Shown: positions 1 to 14,958 of the stretch, piece after piece
Layout of the letters: each line of letters starts with the position of its first letter
How positions within the stretch are numbered: the first letter of the stretch is position 1
Assembly: GCA_964016885.1 (NCBI GenBank)
Contig: OZ024740.1
Coordinates: 331,018,001 to 331,082,000, forward strand
Origin: Eledone cirrhosa
Taxonomy: Eukaryota
Direction of reading: 5' to 3'
Length of the DNA stretch: 64,000 nt
Made by a program: the position numbers and the translations under genes
The notes under the pieces: model-generated
Told to the model about the DNA's origin: nothing
What the model saw: only the letters and a program-made list of their open reading frames with translations
The model's database searches: none

Positions 1-169
1 AAGAACTATTGTAACGCGAACTGGCGCGAAATTTATTATAATTATTGACAAACCAATCAAATTACTTCTCGAAAAACCTGGCTTTCGAGCCACTTTTTCC
101 ATATAAAACAAGTAACATTTAGAGACCAACCAGATGTGAGAAAAACCACAGACCCTCCATCTCAACTCA

Positions 170-207
170 CCATTTGAAAAGCAGAAGAACTGCGAAACCG
201 GTAAAGG
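170..207 (+). ncRNA. Degenerate type I hammerhead ribozyme remnant
   Basis: ttgaaaa (decayed CTGAAGA), gcag/ctgc stem II, GAAA, palindromic ccgg stem III, TA; followed by aataaa and a TA run. Confidence 0.55.
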
Positions 208-271
208 AACCAAATAAATATATATATTTAAAAAAAAAATAAGACTTCAGTTGCATTTTCGATTTCATCTC

Positions 272-406
<135 letters not shown>

Positions 407-868
407 CGCTGCTTTCACCCTTAACGGGATCTCCATTATAATTACACTCTTCTTACTTCCACACCTCTATACCAACTGGAAACAACGCACTGATTACTCA
501 CTACTAAAACTGGACGTTACATTCCCTATATATATATATAGTGACGAAACATAAGTCAATTGCATGAACATGAGTAATTTCTTTATGCTATATAAATCTC
601 GATGATAGCCAATGAATGGCTATGACATCATCAGGCAGTTTGTCAGTTCTTAGATATGCCAGCTCTGTGTTATAGTGTTGATGGTATCAGAGCCTTGGGA
701 CATATGAATATATATATATTAAGATTGGTGATCTGAAATAGCGATGTATACATGAATGTGTGTATAGTATATTTGGCAATATACCCTATGTTACATTTAA
801 AACAGTTAGTAGACAATACGCTATCAGCGAAATATATATATATATATCTATATATATATATATATATG

Positions 869-952
<84 letters not shown>

Positions 953-1006
953 TAAAAAAATAATGAATAAAACAATGAAACAGTTCCTTATTTTAAACAA
1001 AAAAAG

Positions 1007-1153
1007 TTCATTATTTAACGATCGTTTCTAGGACATATATGTGTTAGAATTGGCATGCATATTCAAAAGATCTATGTACAAAATTATACAAACTATCAAA
1101 GAGAATATATATACATACCATCACATATATATGCTGTCTTCAGAAATAATGAA
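1007..1153 (-). ncRNA. Type I hammerhead ribozyme with long stem II insertion (mirror of 4393-4539)
   Basis: Reverse complement of the motif at 4393-4539. Confidence 0.7.
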
Positions 1154-1502
1154 GTATATTTATTGATAATAACAACAATTCAAAATTACAGGTCTGTTTG
1201 GGAACAGATTTTAAATAGACCAATGAAATACATACAAATTCATCAAGAAAATACAGTTAGGAGTGTGTATATATGTAAGTAACTTCGTTCACAGATATGC
1301 ATAAAAATGTATGTTCACATGCATACGCATGTCGAAAAAGTGTATGTAAATATAAAAATTCAGGGCTAATATCTCAGTATGTTTATAATTCACAGACAAA
1401 ATATACATACATATACATATATATATACACACATATATACACACATATACATACATTCATACACACACACGCATATATACATAAACACACACATACCTAC
1501 GA

Positions 1503-1535
<33 letters not shown>

Positions 1536-1762
1536 TACGTATATATTATTATTATAACTATATGGATATTTAGGCGCACACATAAACACGGCTACACACA
1601 CTTACATCTAGATGCAGAATTAAAAGGAGGTAAGGGAGTAAGTAATTAAGGAGGGTGTCAGACTCAGCATATTTATAAAAATGTATCTATAAATTTAGAA
1701 ATAAAAAGAAATATAATAAAAGAAATAAACAAGTAAAACATATACTCACACATATAAATACA

Positions 1763-1847
<85 letters not shown>

Positions 1848-2121
1848 GTATATACACATACGCACAACACGCATATATACATATATGTACACACACATAC
1901 ACACATACATACACATACATATATATATACACATATATATACATATATATATACACACATATATATACACACATATATATACACACACACACATACATAT
2001 ACGTATATATACATTCACACACATACCCATGTATATATACACACAACCACACACTCACACACACTCAGACATACATAAATATAGAGACATACATACACAC
2101 ATATATATATATATACATATC

Positions 2122-2168
<47 letters not shown>

Positions 2169-2269
2169 AATATATAAATAAATACACACAGTCAGACAAT
2201 TATGCACATATATACACATACATACACACATCTCTACAAATACATATACATACACATACATACATACAC

Positions 2270-2329
<60 letters not shown>

Positions 2330-2524
2330 TCATACACACTTATTTACATGCGCACATATGTATTTTTATACTCACATACAAACACACAAACATACATACA
2401 TACTTACATACACATACATACATCCACGCTTACAAATACGAATAATTATGGCTGGGGGGAAGGGGGATTAAAATTATTAGTGGGAAATAGTAAATATAGG
2501 TTTCAAGGAACATAGAATATTAAT

Positions 2525-3316
2525 ATAATTAATATATACTTTGGAAATTAATATATAGATTAATTTTAGTTTATTTAACCTTTTATTAAAATTCCTTTAC
2601 AGATGAAATATAACAAAATATCGTGTAATCAATAACAGAGAAATACTTTTTAATATTATAAACCTAATTAATATACAATTTAGAAATTAATTTATAAATT
2701 AATTTTAATTTAGTTAACCTAATATCTTAATTTAGTTAGCTTAAAATTAAAATTCTAATACAGATGGATTGCAGAATATCATGTAATCATAAACTGAGAA
2801 AAACTTTTAAATATATACCTAATTAATATATTCTTTACAAATAAATATATAGATTAATTTTAATTTAGTTAACCTATAATTATATTCTACTATAGATAAA
2901 ATACAAAATTTTGCTTTAATTATTATAAACCTAATCAACATATACTATACGAATTAATATATAATTTTTAATTTAGTTAACCTATAATTAATATTCTACT
3001 ACCGATGAAATACTTGATTTGGCTTTCCCTATTACAAAATTCATTTCCTAAAATTGATACCATCATGTTAATATTTTTAATTTAGTTATGCTATAATTAA
3101 TACTCTACTACTGTTTAACTTCAAAATTCCGCTTTAAATATTATAAACCTAAGTAGTATACACCTTAGAAATTAATATACTAACTATTTTTACTTTAATT
3201 AACCTATAATTAATAGTCTACTTATATTAAAATGCATAATTTAGCCTTCTTTCTTACAAATACCATTTCCTAATACTGACACTACTATGTAAACACATAT
3301 TATGATTTAAATGCAG
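2525..3316. repeat. Degenerate AT-rich tandem repeat (~110-bp period) forming the palindrome spacer
   Basis: Variants of ttttaatttagttaacctataattaat recur near 2700, 2860, 2970, 3080 and 3190. Confidence 0.7.
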
Positions 3317-3514
3317 ATTAATATTCTATGTTCCTTGAAACCTATATTTACTATTTCCCACTAATAATTTTAATCCCCCTTCCCCCCAGCCATAATTATT
3401 CGTATTTGTAAGCGTGGATGTATGTATATGTATGTAAGTATGTATGTATGTTTGTGTGTTTGTATGTGAGTATAAAAATACATATGTGCGCATGTAAATA
3501 AGTGTGTATGAGTG

Positions 3515-3551
<37 letters not shown>

Positions 3552-3729
3552 GTATATATATGTGTATGTATGTATGTGTATGTATATGTATGTGTGTGTG
3601 TGTATATATATGTGTGTATATATATGTGTGTATATATATATGTATATATATGTGTATATATATATGTATGTGTATGTATGTGTGTATGTGTGTGTACATA
3701 TATGTATATATGTGTGTTGTGCGTATGTG

Positions 3730-3779
<50 letters not shown>

Positions 3780-4392
3780 TGTATTTATATGTATGAGTAT
3801 ATGTTTTACTTGTTTATTGCTTTTATTATATTTCTTTTTATTTCTAAATTTATAGATACACTTTTATTAATATGCTGAGTCTCACACCCTCCTTAATTAC
3901 TTACTCCCTTACCCCCTTTTAATTCTGCATCTAGATGTAAGTGTGTGTGGCCGTGTTTATGTGTGCGCCTCAATATCCATATAGTTATAATAATAATATA
4001 TACGTATGTGTGTGTGTGTGTGTGTATATGTGTATGTGTGTGTTCGTAGGTATGTGTGTGTTTATGTATATATGCGTGTGTGTGTATGAATGTATGTATA
4101 TGTGTGTATATATGTGTGTATATATATATGTATATGTATGTATATTTTGTCTGTGGATTATAAACATACAGAGACATTAGCCCTGAATTTTTATATTTAC
4201 ATACACTTTTTCGACATGCGTATGCATGTGAACATACATTTTTATGCATATCTGTGAACGAAGTTACTTACATATATACACACACCTAACTGTATTTTCT
4301 TGATGAATTTGTATGTATTTCATTGGTCTATTTAAAATCTGTTCCCAAACAGACCTGTAATTTTGAATTGTTGTTATTATCAATAAATATAC

Positions 4393-4539
4393 TTCATTAT
4401 TTCTGAAGACAGCATATATATGTGATGGTATGTATATATATTCTCTTTGATAGTTTGTATAATTTTGTACATAGATCTTTTGAATATGCATGCCAATTCT
4501 AACACATATATGTCCTAGAAACGATCGTTAAATAATGAA
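4393..4539 (+). ncRNA. Type I hammerhead ribozyme with long stem II insertion
   Basis: 10-bp stem I ttcattattt/aaataatgaa; CTGAAGA 4403-4409; GAAA 4518-4521; palindromic stem III cgatcg; TT at the cleavage position; stem II base imperfect. Confidence 0.7.
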
Positions 4540-4731
4540 CTTTTTTTGTTTAATATAAGGAACTGTTTCATTGTTTTATTCATTATTTTTTTAATATTTT
4601 ATCTTGACTCTGTATTCCGTTTATCTTTCACCGAAAGTGATTTTTGAATGCATCTCTTCTTTCCATGATATCCGGATTACATTGAGTTTTTCATACGGAT
4701 TGGACACAACCGTAAACTTTTGGTAGATTTA

Positions 4732-4789
<58 letters not shown>

Positions 4790-4980
4790 TATATATATGT
4801 ATATATACATATTTATTGTTCAATCGTATACAATACTAGATCATTTATCACACGTTTTAAGAAATCTTATAATTTTTATGGTATTGTTTTTCTCGTATGA
4901 TGTAGAATTCAGGAATGACATCTCCAATATATAAACAAATTTCAAATTTCAGAAAATAAACAAAACATTATTTACCCTCA

Positions 4981-5075
<95 letters not shown>

Positions 5076-5963
5076 ATATATATATATGTACGTATAATAT
5101 AGGTATAGCTTGAAATATACAACGTATATCGCAACTCAAACTGTAAGGTGAGATTTAATAGGTCTGCTTTTCTTTCCCACATTGGCCCTATCGGAACATT
5201 CGAAAACTAGAACCAGATTTGCTAGAGTAACGGGTTTCTAAATTATGCATGCACAGCAAAACATTTACGGGGATGTAGGGAACGGCTGATATAAACTCAG
5301 AGTAAATGGCCATAACAAATACATTTTAATCAAGATTCTAATGACTCTGCCACACTGTAATCATTTTTTCTAATACAATGATAATGATTATTATTATTTC
5401 AATTTCTATTTTAATACAGATATTATTACTTGTAATTCATCTGTTTAGTACTAATATTATTATTAGACGAGATATTAATCTTTTAGTTCTGCTATACTTA
5501 ATCATAGAGTCTTTCATATACCTTTATATACTTTAATAGAACAATGCTATATTTGGTTTCTCTTTGATGTTTGCAGATATACATCTTCAGATTATGTTGA
5601 ACAAAGTCTTTCTCGGGGCAATTCACCCCAATATTGATTGAATAGAGAGTTGAAATTCTGTAACATATAAAGTCTACAAAAATATCCACATCCAAAATCC
5701 TGAAAGGTAATGCGCTCATCAATTTCATGGTATTTCTCTGGTTCACAAGCTATGAAATGACTTCATTTGCTACAGATAACATATAATTAAACGGAATGAC
5801 TCATTCAGTTTCCAGTGAATACAGCGTTTATCGAGTGATACTGATGTTTGTTAGAATTGTTCATATATATGTTTCACAATTAAATACCTCTCTGAATACT
5901 CCCCACTCTATACACGCCGAGCGTCACACCTTCTTTCTTAGTCAAAACTAAGTGGATATCAAT

Positions 5964-5990
<27 letters not shown>

Positions 5991-5995
<5 letters not shown>

Positions 5996-6256
5996 TACGC
6001 TCAGCAGCACTGATTTGAATAACCCTATACAACTCTATACAACCCTATACTCTTCAATATTTCTTGCTTATGTTTCCATATATATATATGTGTGCTTGTG
6101 TGTGTGTGTGTGTGTGTGTGTATAAAATGTTAATATTTGTCGACTTAACCAATGCGGGGCCAGTTTGGAAGTACCTCTTCCAATATAGAGTTTTGGCCAT
6201 AATTGGAACACGAATCCAGTGGTCACACATTCATGTTTATTGTGTGAAACATTATT

Positions 6257-6307
<51 letters not shown>

Positions 6308-7066
6308 GTTATACTTGGGGAGGGTCATATTGTTGTAATAATATTGCCAGAAATAATAACAGAACACACTCACTGTATATATGTAACGAAGATCGTTGAT
6401 TTGCCACCGGTCCCCGGCCAACATCTAGGTCAATCAATGAATCTGCCGAAATTGCAGTCTGTAATGCAACCACTTGTTCAGAGTACATGCATGTTAGTTA
6501 ATAAGAGTTACGGCGGCTGTGTTGTTGTTGAGATGGTAAACATCTCCACTCTAGGAAGATATCGTTTCTGTGCTACATACCGTCACAAATACTAATATTA
6601 AATCCGCAATGTTCAGAAAGCCATGTATTATCAGCAGATAGATACGTGACCGGACAACATGCACTTCTTCAGTAGGCGGCATATATCTAAGCATCTGTCT
6701 TTTCAAAGTCTGTGGTAGCCTTCATCACATGATATGGAATCTAGCAGGTTATGCTAATCACAGTCTATGCCTCTAATGAAAATAGAGGAAGGCCTTTATA
6801 GTAGACAAAAACATATGATATGGGGGGTTGAATTCAAACAAAAGAATTCGCGCCAAATATGGAACTCCACAAGTTTATTGCATATATGCATACATAGCGA
6901 GTTATATGCATATATAAAGATAGAGAAGCATATAAAAGCTGATTTCTAATATTAAATCGAACATTGAACACTCAATATTTAATATTAGGAAACATAAACA
7001 AGAAATATTGAAGAGTATAGGGTTGTATAGGGTGATTCAAATCACTGCTGCTGAGAGTATAATATA
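5991..7066. repeat. Inverted repeat pair (~5991-6078 and ~6988-7066)
   Basis: ctcagcagc...aaccctatactcttcaatatttcttg is mirrored by caagaaatattgaagagtatagggttg...gctgctgag; outer left end abuts (TA)n. Confidence 0.8.
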
Positions 7067-7237
7067 AATATAACGAAGTTCGCTGATATGTCAACGGACC
7101 CCGGCCAATGTCACGCCCAATCAATGAATCTATTGAAATTGCAGTAATGCAAAGAGCTCTTCGGAGTGTACATATTTTAGTTAATAGCAGTTACGGTGAC
7201 TGTTTTTGGTTGAGATGAAAGTCAAAATCTCCACTCA
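6383..7237 (+). repeat. Diverged direct repeat pair (~6383-6551 and ~7071-7237)
   Basis: Shared taacgaag..ccccggccaa..caatcaatgaatct..gaaattgcagt..ttagttaata..gttacgg..gttgagatg..atctccactc. Confidence 0.75.
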
Positions 7238-7274
7238 TGGACAATAATTTTTATGTGCAACATAACTTCACAAA

Positions 7275-7354
<80 letters not shown>

Positions 7355-8103
7355 TATATGTGTGTGTGTATATATATATACGCGCACACACACAGATATA
7401 CTTACAAAGACACACATATATATATATATATGTGTGTGTGAGAGTGTGTATGTGTTGGAGGCAGTGTGCATGTGCATGTGCATTTACATGTAGTTTAGTG
7501 TCAATGCATGTATATAGAATTTGAGGTGACGTTTTAAATAGCAATCATGTCATATTCTCTACTAATGTTTTACGTATATCATTTGATTTAATTTATATAT
7601 TTTTATTATTTTTATTTATTTCCTTCTGCGTATCTTTTATTGGACATTAACCTTATACACAACATCTTCTTCCTTTTATCTTTGAGATGAAGTATCTCAT
7701 TCAAGCAGACGCGATGTGTCTCACGTATAACGTTATTGCTTTCTTCGTTTTCCTATCTTTTTGCCTTTTGAGTAACAATACAATATTTTCTTTGATAAGT
7801 TTTTATTGAAGCAAAAGTAACGCCCGCCATCTTGGCGACTTCCCTGTCTGACGTTTGACCTCTTTATTATCTTGAAACAAACCTTTATATTTCGAACGAC
7901 GATTGATTTCTATACTTCCTAAAGGCGCCATCTTATTTTATATTGTCGAGAGACCGGTCTCATCTTTTACACTCCCGTAGCTATTTCTCGGCGTAAATAT
8001 TGTTTTGGGGGGGAAAGTCAATATAATATTATTATATCAAATTACAATGCATTGTAGAAAAACAGAGAATTCAGTAACAAGGGAGAACGCACACGCACAC
8101 ACG

Positions 8104-8150
<47 letters not shown>

Positions 8151-8154
8151 CGTA

Positions 8155-8199
<45 letters not shown>

Positions 8200-8210
8200 A
8201 TGTCTCTCTG

Positions 8211-8250
<40 letters not shown>

Positions 8251-8679
8251 GCAATGTGTGTGCATGTGTGTAAGCTTGTGTATGTGATAGTATGAGTGTT
8301 GATGTGTAGAAAAATTACAACATAATAAAGAAACCGTTGGAGATTCTATTGACTAATGATTAACATGGAAAAAGGATATATATTATTCTCCTATGATTCG
8401 TGGGTAGAAGACTGATGTGATTTCTGTTACTAGATTTGAATCCCATAGACATTTATGACATGTGTAATAGTAAAAATCATATCAATCATTAACTCTATGA
8501 ATTGATATAAAATTGTGAATGTGTTAACAAACAATCACGCACATCTAAACATTCACACACACAAAACCACAGGCACACACACTCTCTCTCACACACACCC
8601 CCACACGCATATATTATATACATATATATTAAATTACATGTAAATATGTATATTCTCTATTTATCTGAGAAGGATATCA

Positions 8680-10560
8680 TAATATTCTCTGATCGGCTTC
8701 ACACAGTGGTCTTCAATTGTCCATGCAAGAACAGGCTAATCATAATGGGAGATCCCAATGCTAGTGTTCGAACGACTATCAAATATGTCATGATGGTCTA
8801 GCGTTTCATGGGATCCGACCTATAGATTCAAATGTGATAAGGCGACTTTCACTCCGCAACAAATCTTATCTTAGTGTCATTAATAGCTATTTAAACAACT
8901 CTAAGCATAGATGCATCTTAGATGAAAGGATTGGCACATATTGTAATTTCAAAATTACTCGTTCTTTTTCACTCTTCTTGTTATCTCTCAGATGATGCCA
9001 TGTTTCATTCAATCTTTCCCCGATAAGGCGTCTTCAAAGCCACATAATACGCCGGAGTTCGATCTAGGTTGTTTAGGATCAATTGATAGGGGCTGGAACT
9101 TTCTGCAAAATTTGACTCATTCCTCGACCATGTCTTAATGCCTGATGACATTGCAGTTTCCTGAAAGAACCCACCTATGCAGCCTCCATAGAAATCATAG
9201 GATTTTCTATTAGAAGAAACCAATACTGGTTTATGAAAGCAGATCTGTTGTGTAAAATCTCATCAGCAAGATGCTTAACATACACAGGCTTTGAATTGGA
9301 GATAGAAACTGAAAAAAAAAGAAAGCCTAAAAAGATTATAAGCAGCAGGCACAGTCATCCAATCGAACAATGAATGATAGAAAACAAGAGGCTGCTGGCA
9401 CAAAGGAGTCATAGGCCTTTAATAACGGCCTGCAGACGATTGTTGATACAGAGGAGCACATATCAAATCTAATTCTCTTCTCTGTTGGTCCAAATCTACA
9501 CACAGACAAAGCTAGGTCATCCTCTCGATGAAACGAACACTTTAACAAGGTTTTAATTGCCGAGTGAAACGGAAATGAAAATGTAATATTGTACAAAGAC
9601 CACAGGTAACTAAATTAGCAATCAACCAAAACTTGAATGAAGTACAATCCGCTAACAAGTAAGAGTCATCCAATAAAACACCCAGTAAAGATGGCATACC
9701 AACTGAAATTTTAATATATACAGACCAAAAACTGGTATGTGACATTGCTCGGCTATTCCTGTAAATACGGAATGAGATATTTCATAAACTATCTCGCCCC
9801 AAACAAAGATGTAAAAAATCTATCTGAGAGACTTCACGCGGCATTTCACCTCGCCGTATTGCTTGTATCATTATCTATAGAATTACATTGAAACGTTTTC
9901 ATATAATCCCTCAAAACCAATGTGGTGTCGCAATGATCGGTGCAATATTAACATGATTTTCCCATTCTCCAGGATACAGAGATGGTTTGAAAAAAAATCA
10001 TCAACAGTTTATGATATTTATCGACCTGACCAAAGAGTGTGACCTTGTCAACCATAAAACCGCTTGGAAAGATCTCAAAAATATTGGCATGCGTGACAAT
10101 ATACTGAATGCTATCATATCTGTTCATATCTTCTGTAGTGCTCTAGTATGTATGTGGCGATTTAGATTATGCAGTCAGATTTAAATTCCGGACCTCAAAT
10201 GGATTATACACTCATCAACGCTTTAAGGCTAGAAAAATACACGAATAAGTTTTTTTCATAATTTATTACTTGCTAATGATGCTACACTTGTTGCAAAATC
10301 CGTTGAAAATGCACAGAAAATGAGGAACCGGTTCTCACTTACCTGTTAACAATTTGGTTTTACAATCAGTATTTATAAAACCAAGAGGAGCAGCATTGAA
10401 GGCCAGTCAGCCCCAGGCAAGAAACAGACAGGCATCCAACTGTCCTCGTGATTTTCATGGCAATAATCGGAAATATGTGAACTACTTTACGGATATTGGC
10501 AGCAAAATGTACCATTCTTCATCACTGTTTGGTTAGATCGTCAATCGTGTCTCCATCATA
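8680..10560 (+). mobile_element. Highly decayed non-LTR retrotransposon (RTE-like APE and RT fragments)
   Basis: RLIIMGDPNASV near 8733-8768 resembles the APE GDFNARVG motif; FIDLTKECDLVNH (ORF 9987-10184) resembles RT FIDLxKAFD; LLANDA near 10266 resembles LFADD. Confidence 0.65.
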
Positions 10561-10899
10561 TATATATACAAAAAAATACCCTACCTTTACAACCACCATA
10601 ATACTCTTGTTAACTCGCTTAAAGTGCTTGCATTACATGTAACACCTTGCTACACAATAATCGTATATAAATGAGACACACTTGCATGCTCCATGAGTAA
10701 TCCTCTTATCTGTGTTATCTGCCGAATGTATTTTAATTTTGATTTTGATTTTGATTTTGATTTTTAATTTGAATTGCTGTACAAATATAGTATAGTATAA
10801 TATATGTCACTCCACTGTACATCAATATATATATATATATGTATCTGTATGTCTCTTGCGTTGGATAGGAGGTCAATTATATGTACAAACATTGAAAAA

Positions 10900-10944
10900 T
10901 CTCCGAAGGACCCAAGCCTAGGTTTGGATGAAACAATTGTAAGT
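10900..10944 (+). ncRNA. Degenerate hammerhead ribozyme, CAATTG-stem III family
   Basis: ccgaagg core, ccaagcc/ggtttgg stem II, GAAA, caattg, TA, then aataaa; homologous to 18013-18057, 22906-22950 and 33492-33536. Confidence 0.6.
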
Positions 10945-10984
10945 GAATAAATGCTTTGAACATAGCTTTGATTCTTGTGAATTC

Positions 10985-11017
<33 letters not shown>

Positions 11018-11154
11018 GTGTGTGTATGTGTGTATGTGTGTGTGTGTGTGTGTATGTATGTATATATATCCATGTATATATATATATATATATACTGTTT
11101 AGAAGAAAGAAGAGGAATTGGAAAATGGAATTGAGTTAATGGATTTTGCTGTAT

Positions 11155-11298
11155 AGTTAACTACGGAACTTGTCTAAGCGGGTGTATAAGTACCCAGAAG
11201 GGAAAGGTTTTCGTTCGAATCAGCATGTGTGGGGATCGAAACTAGATATCCTATTTTCACGATACGAGTGCTAGCCGATCTACCAGCCAGTTGGGCCG
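11155..11298 (-). mobile_element. tRNA-derived SINE head or tRNA pseudogene
   Basis: Minus strand has an A-box-like tggctggtagatcgg and a B-box-like gtttcgatcc at tRNA-like spacing; I could not build an intact cloverleaf. Confidence 0.45.
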
Positions 11299-11491
11299 TT
11301 CTGCTACGTTAGATACTTTAGTTTATAGTGATATTGATGTTTGAATAATGTGTTTCAATAAAATTGATATTTTAACGGGGCTACAAAAGTATATTTTCAT
11401 TTTATTAGATATTACATTCATTTTTCTTTATGATTTCAGTTGGAATTTGACTACATGTATATGCATGCATACGCACGCATACCCCCCCCCC

Positions 11492-11545
<54 letters not shown>

Positions 11546-11547
11546 GT

Positions 11548-11586
<39 letters not shown>

Positions 11587-12627
11587 GTGTGGGTGGATAT
11601 ACAAACATAGAAACAATTACAGCTACTAACGTTTGCAAACCTATGCAATTCTAGCATTGAAACAAATGTTACACTGCCTTAGAAAGGATTAGGTGTTCAA
11701 TTCTGGGACATTTATTATCATACTTAACCTTAATTATTGTTGAGCCGAGCTATACGACCAAAATCAATAAGTTCTTTTGAAGTGTTTTTTTTTAGACATC
11801 TATGGAAGTAAACAGAACGTCATTCAGAGATAGTTCATTGAGATATCCCTTACGCGCATGACAACATCAACCGAAGTCATAGGATATTAGGTTATAACAG
11901 ATATTGTGTGCGTTCTCAAGAGCTAGCATGAAATATTTTAACAGTCTTTACATTTATAACAATCAAGCGTTAATGATGATACATTTAAAATGATACAGTC
12001 GCTTGTTACTCTCCTATTTGGTTTCAGTTTTACAAGATTTGATATTATCTCCACAATACCAGATGCCTATTTACATCAGTCCTATCTACATTTGAATACA
12101 ACCCTCCATCAGATGTCAAATCTTTATAGACACACAAATGTCTCTACTTTATAAGTATAAATTCAAAAATATGTCTAATGCACTATTATTCGAAATCCTT
12201 CCAGCGGAATCAATAGAGTACAGTTACTGATTTCCCAAACTGTTGTCAACTAAACCTCAGACATATTGCATTATGTGTACGTATGTTTATATGTGATTTT
12301 TATTCAAGAAACATCACTTATAAGTTATGTTTCACTTCATAAGAATAGAGTAATGTAGTATAACTGTAAAACCGCTGTAGTTCTAGTGAACGCATATTAT
12401 CAGAAGCTAAAGTAGCGTTTCAATGTACACGTATAGAGAAAACTGCAGATTCAAATGAATTCAGATCAATGACAATCCAGGCAGTTGTGAATTTCGTGCC
12501 ATCTCAACAATATGAGATATGCAATGTGCCAGACCAATACAGAGAGCCACAGCAGTCGTTATTTCACAATACAGAACTCTCTGATTCAAATTGTATAAAA
12601 ACAACGTAGTAGACTATCAAGAGATGA

Positions 12628-12818
12628 ATTATTGTTTCTACTTTTAGCACAAGGCCAGCAATTATCTCACTATATTATTGGTACTTTATTTTATCGCCCC
12701 CGTAAGGATGAATGGTAAAGTTAACCTCGACAGGATTTGAACTCAGACCATAAAGAGCCATAACTCTTTGCTGCAAAGCATGGCGTCCGACCCTCTACCG
12801 ATACTGCCAATCCACCGC
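12628..12818 (-). mobile_element. tRNA-derived SINE, copy 1
   Basis: Reverse complement of the family at 15630, 31583 and 61703 (gcggtggattggcagtatcgg; gagttcaaatcc; gataaaataaagtacc). Confidence 0.88.
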
Positions 12819-14765
12819 ATATCAAGATAACTAAAATAGGTTATGTGGAATTTACACAATGTATTGCTTGGGGGTGTATAATATATGATGGAAAGCACAA
12901 CGCACATGAAAAATAGCCAAAACTTTCTTTGGTTCACTCTCTTTACAATGTGGTTCCTTGTCACAGTAAGAACACATAGTAGCGCAGTATTTCTCTGATA
13001 AGCTAGTATTTCTGTGAAGTGATAAATATATTTTTCAATTGCTATCGTATAAACCTGCAACACAATTACACATGATAGCAAGTTAAAATATTAAGGTTTC
13101 TCGATGATTTATTGGAATAGTCGTAAACTAATTAACAAGGGTTGATTAAGATAAGCGGTACCGTACAGAACGATATAATTGTGCCACAAAGACCAGTTTA
13201 AGAAATACAAATGTTCCAAAATTGGAAAAAATTCGGATTTCACTGTTGCACATTTTGCCATTATGATAAAAACGGTCTGGCGTTAACAAGTCATTCAAGG
13301 GAAGGAATGTAGTAAATCTAATATAGTGTGGAATTGCCTGCATGGCAAACATAGTGAAACTATGGAACTAAAGAGGGAAGAGAAAGTGCACTGGAGTAAC
13401 TCTGTCAAAAGAAAAGAAGGCTCCCTGACCTCACCTTTTGAGGAACAAGCCCGAGGATTGTCTGACAAAACGTCTGAACGGACTCCAACGGTGAGAAATC
13501 CACTTCAAGTATATTGTCAGTGAGAGTGTGAACAACTAGGCCTGACAAAGAGACAAGGCAAACGTTAAGAGAAAGATTATGATGAGCGGTTAACTAATAT
13601 GATCAGGATATAAATTTGAAAAGATATAAGGTTGAGTGAAAAATGTTGTGTCACGTCTGATTACTTATTGTTCATTTTTTTCTTTGCCTATATTGATACC
13701 TGGTCATAAATACATCCTGGCTACTTTACATTCGATGAGTGGTTACAAAATTACCATCAGCACATAGTTATATACCCCAGGTACTTCAGTTGGATTGTAT
13801 ATTTGAATATGGCTATATTATTTGCAATCTCGTGAGAAAGGTGGAAGGAAAACATAAGCTCTCGAATTATTCACTAATGTCTCTTGATGACTTATATTTT
13901 CATCTAATGATAAAACAAGATTTGCATACGTATTTCTAAATATTTTCTACATAAGGAAGACTTACCTTATTTCATACTAAGTAGTAGTAAGAACACGACA
14001 GATAAGACAGTTCAATATTTCAGTTACAAGATACGAAGAATTTAATTTGCTAAGTAGAGATATATAAATGAAATATTACTAGTGAAGATGTGTTTACAAT
14101 TGAGTGAAATAGATCTTGAAATATAGATGTATTGCAAATGCACTTTTACGCCGATATTAATATATTCAAGAGGAAAGCATAATTTCAGACGTTTACATCT
14201 CAATATTAATATTGTAATGGATTGGCATTTGAAATATCCCAAACAATAGACTGCTGGTCTGTGTGAACATTTTTTTTCATACATCATTGTGGTAATATCC
14301 GGTATTTAGGGTTATCAACAGTGTACGCTATTAACCTCCAATGAGTTAAAGTGTGGAACTCCCAGCGTTTACACATATTTAGGTGCAAGAACATGCAAAT
14401 CACTTCCGTACTGACTCGTGCGGATGGAGGCTCTTTGACCAAGAGCACAATACCCTTAACATCAAACTCTGCATTCTTTATAGAGCAGGCTCATATTCAT
14501 ATCCGTATAAGCATAGAACAATAGATTCGCCCTCTACAAGGAGTTGGCCATACATTTCGTCAGATACCTGATTCCACCTAAGCGTGCGCAACCACACCAG
14601 CTTGAAATTCTAGATGCCTCTACATTCTATGTTGAGGCCATCCTCCCATTCCCAAACGCCGTAAAGTAAATGGTGTTAGGAAGATAAACCAACAGTTAAG
14701 GTTATGAATAGAATGTATGTGAGACACCTAGTCATCTGAATTGCCTAGTATCAGAAGGACACACC

Positions 14766-14844
<79 letters not shown>

Positions 14845-14958
14845 TTATATATATATATATCTGTGTGTGTGTGTATGTATGTATAGACACATGCGTGCAC
14901 GCACACAGACACACACGCACACGCACACACACACACGCACACATATATATATATATAC

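Larger units (their letters stand above)
944..4602. repeat. 3.66-kb fold-back inverted duplication (arms 944-2524 and 3317-4602) resembling a PLE 3' region/pLTR
   Basis: Arms are reverse complements (mirror ORFs 1055-1282+ and 4264-4491-), differing mainly in microsatellite length; each has a C-tract, a TG/TA-rich tract and an HHR; left end abuts (TA)n. Confidence 0.93.

Noticed and set aside
752-4249. Many ORFs rich in YI, HT or CV repeats, here and throughout the window
   Set aside because: Translations of (TA)n, (CA)n and (TG)n microsatellites; no domain content
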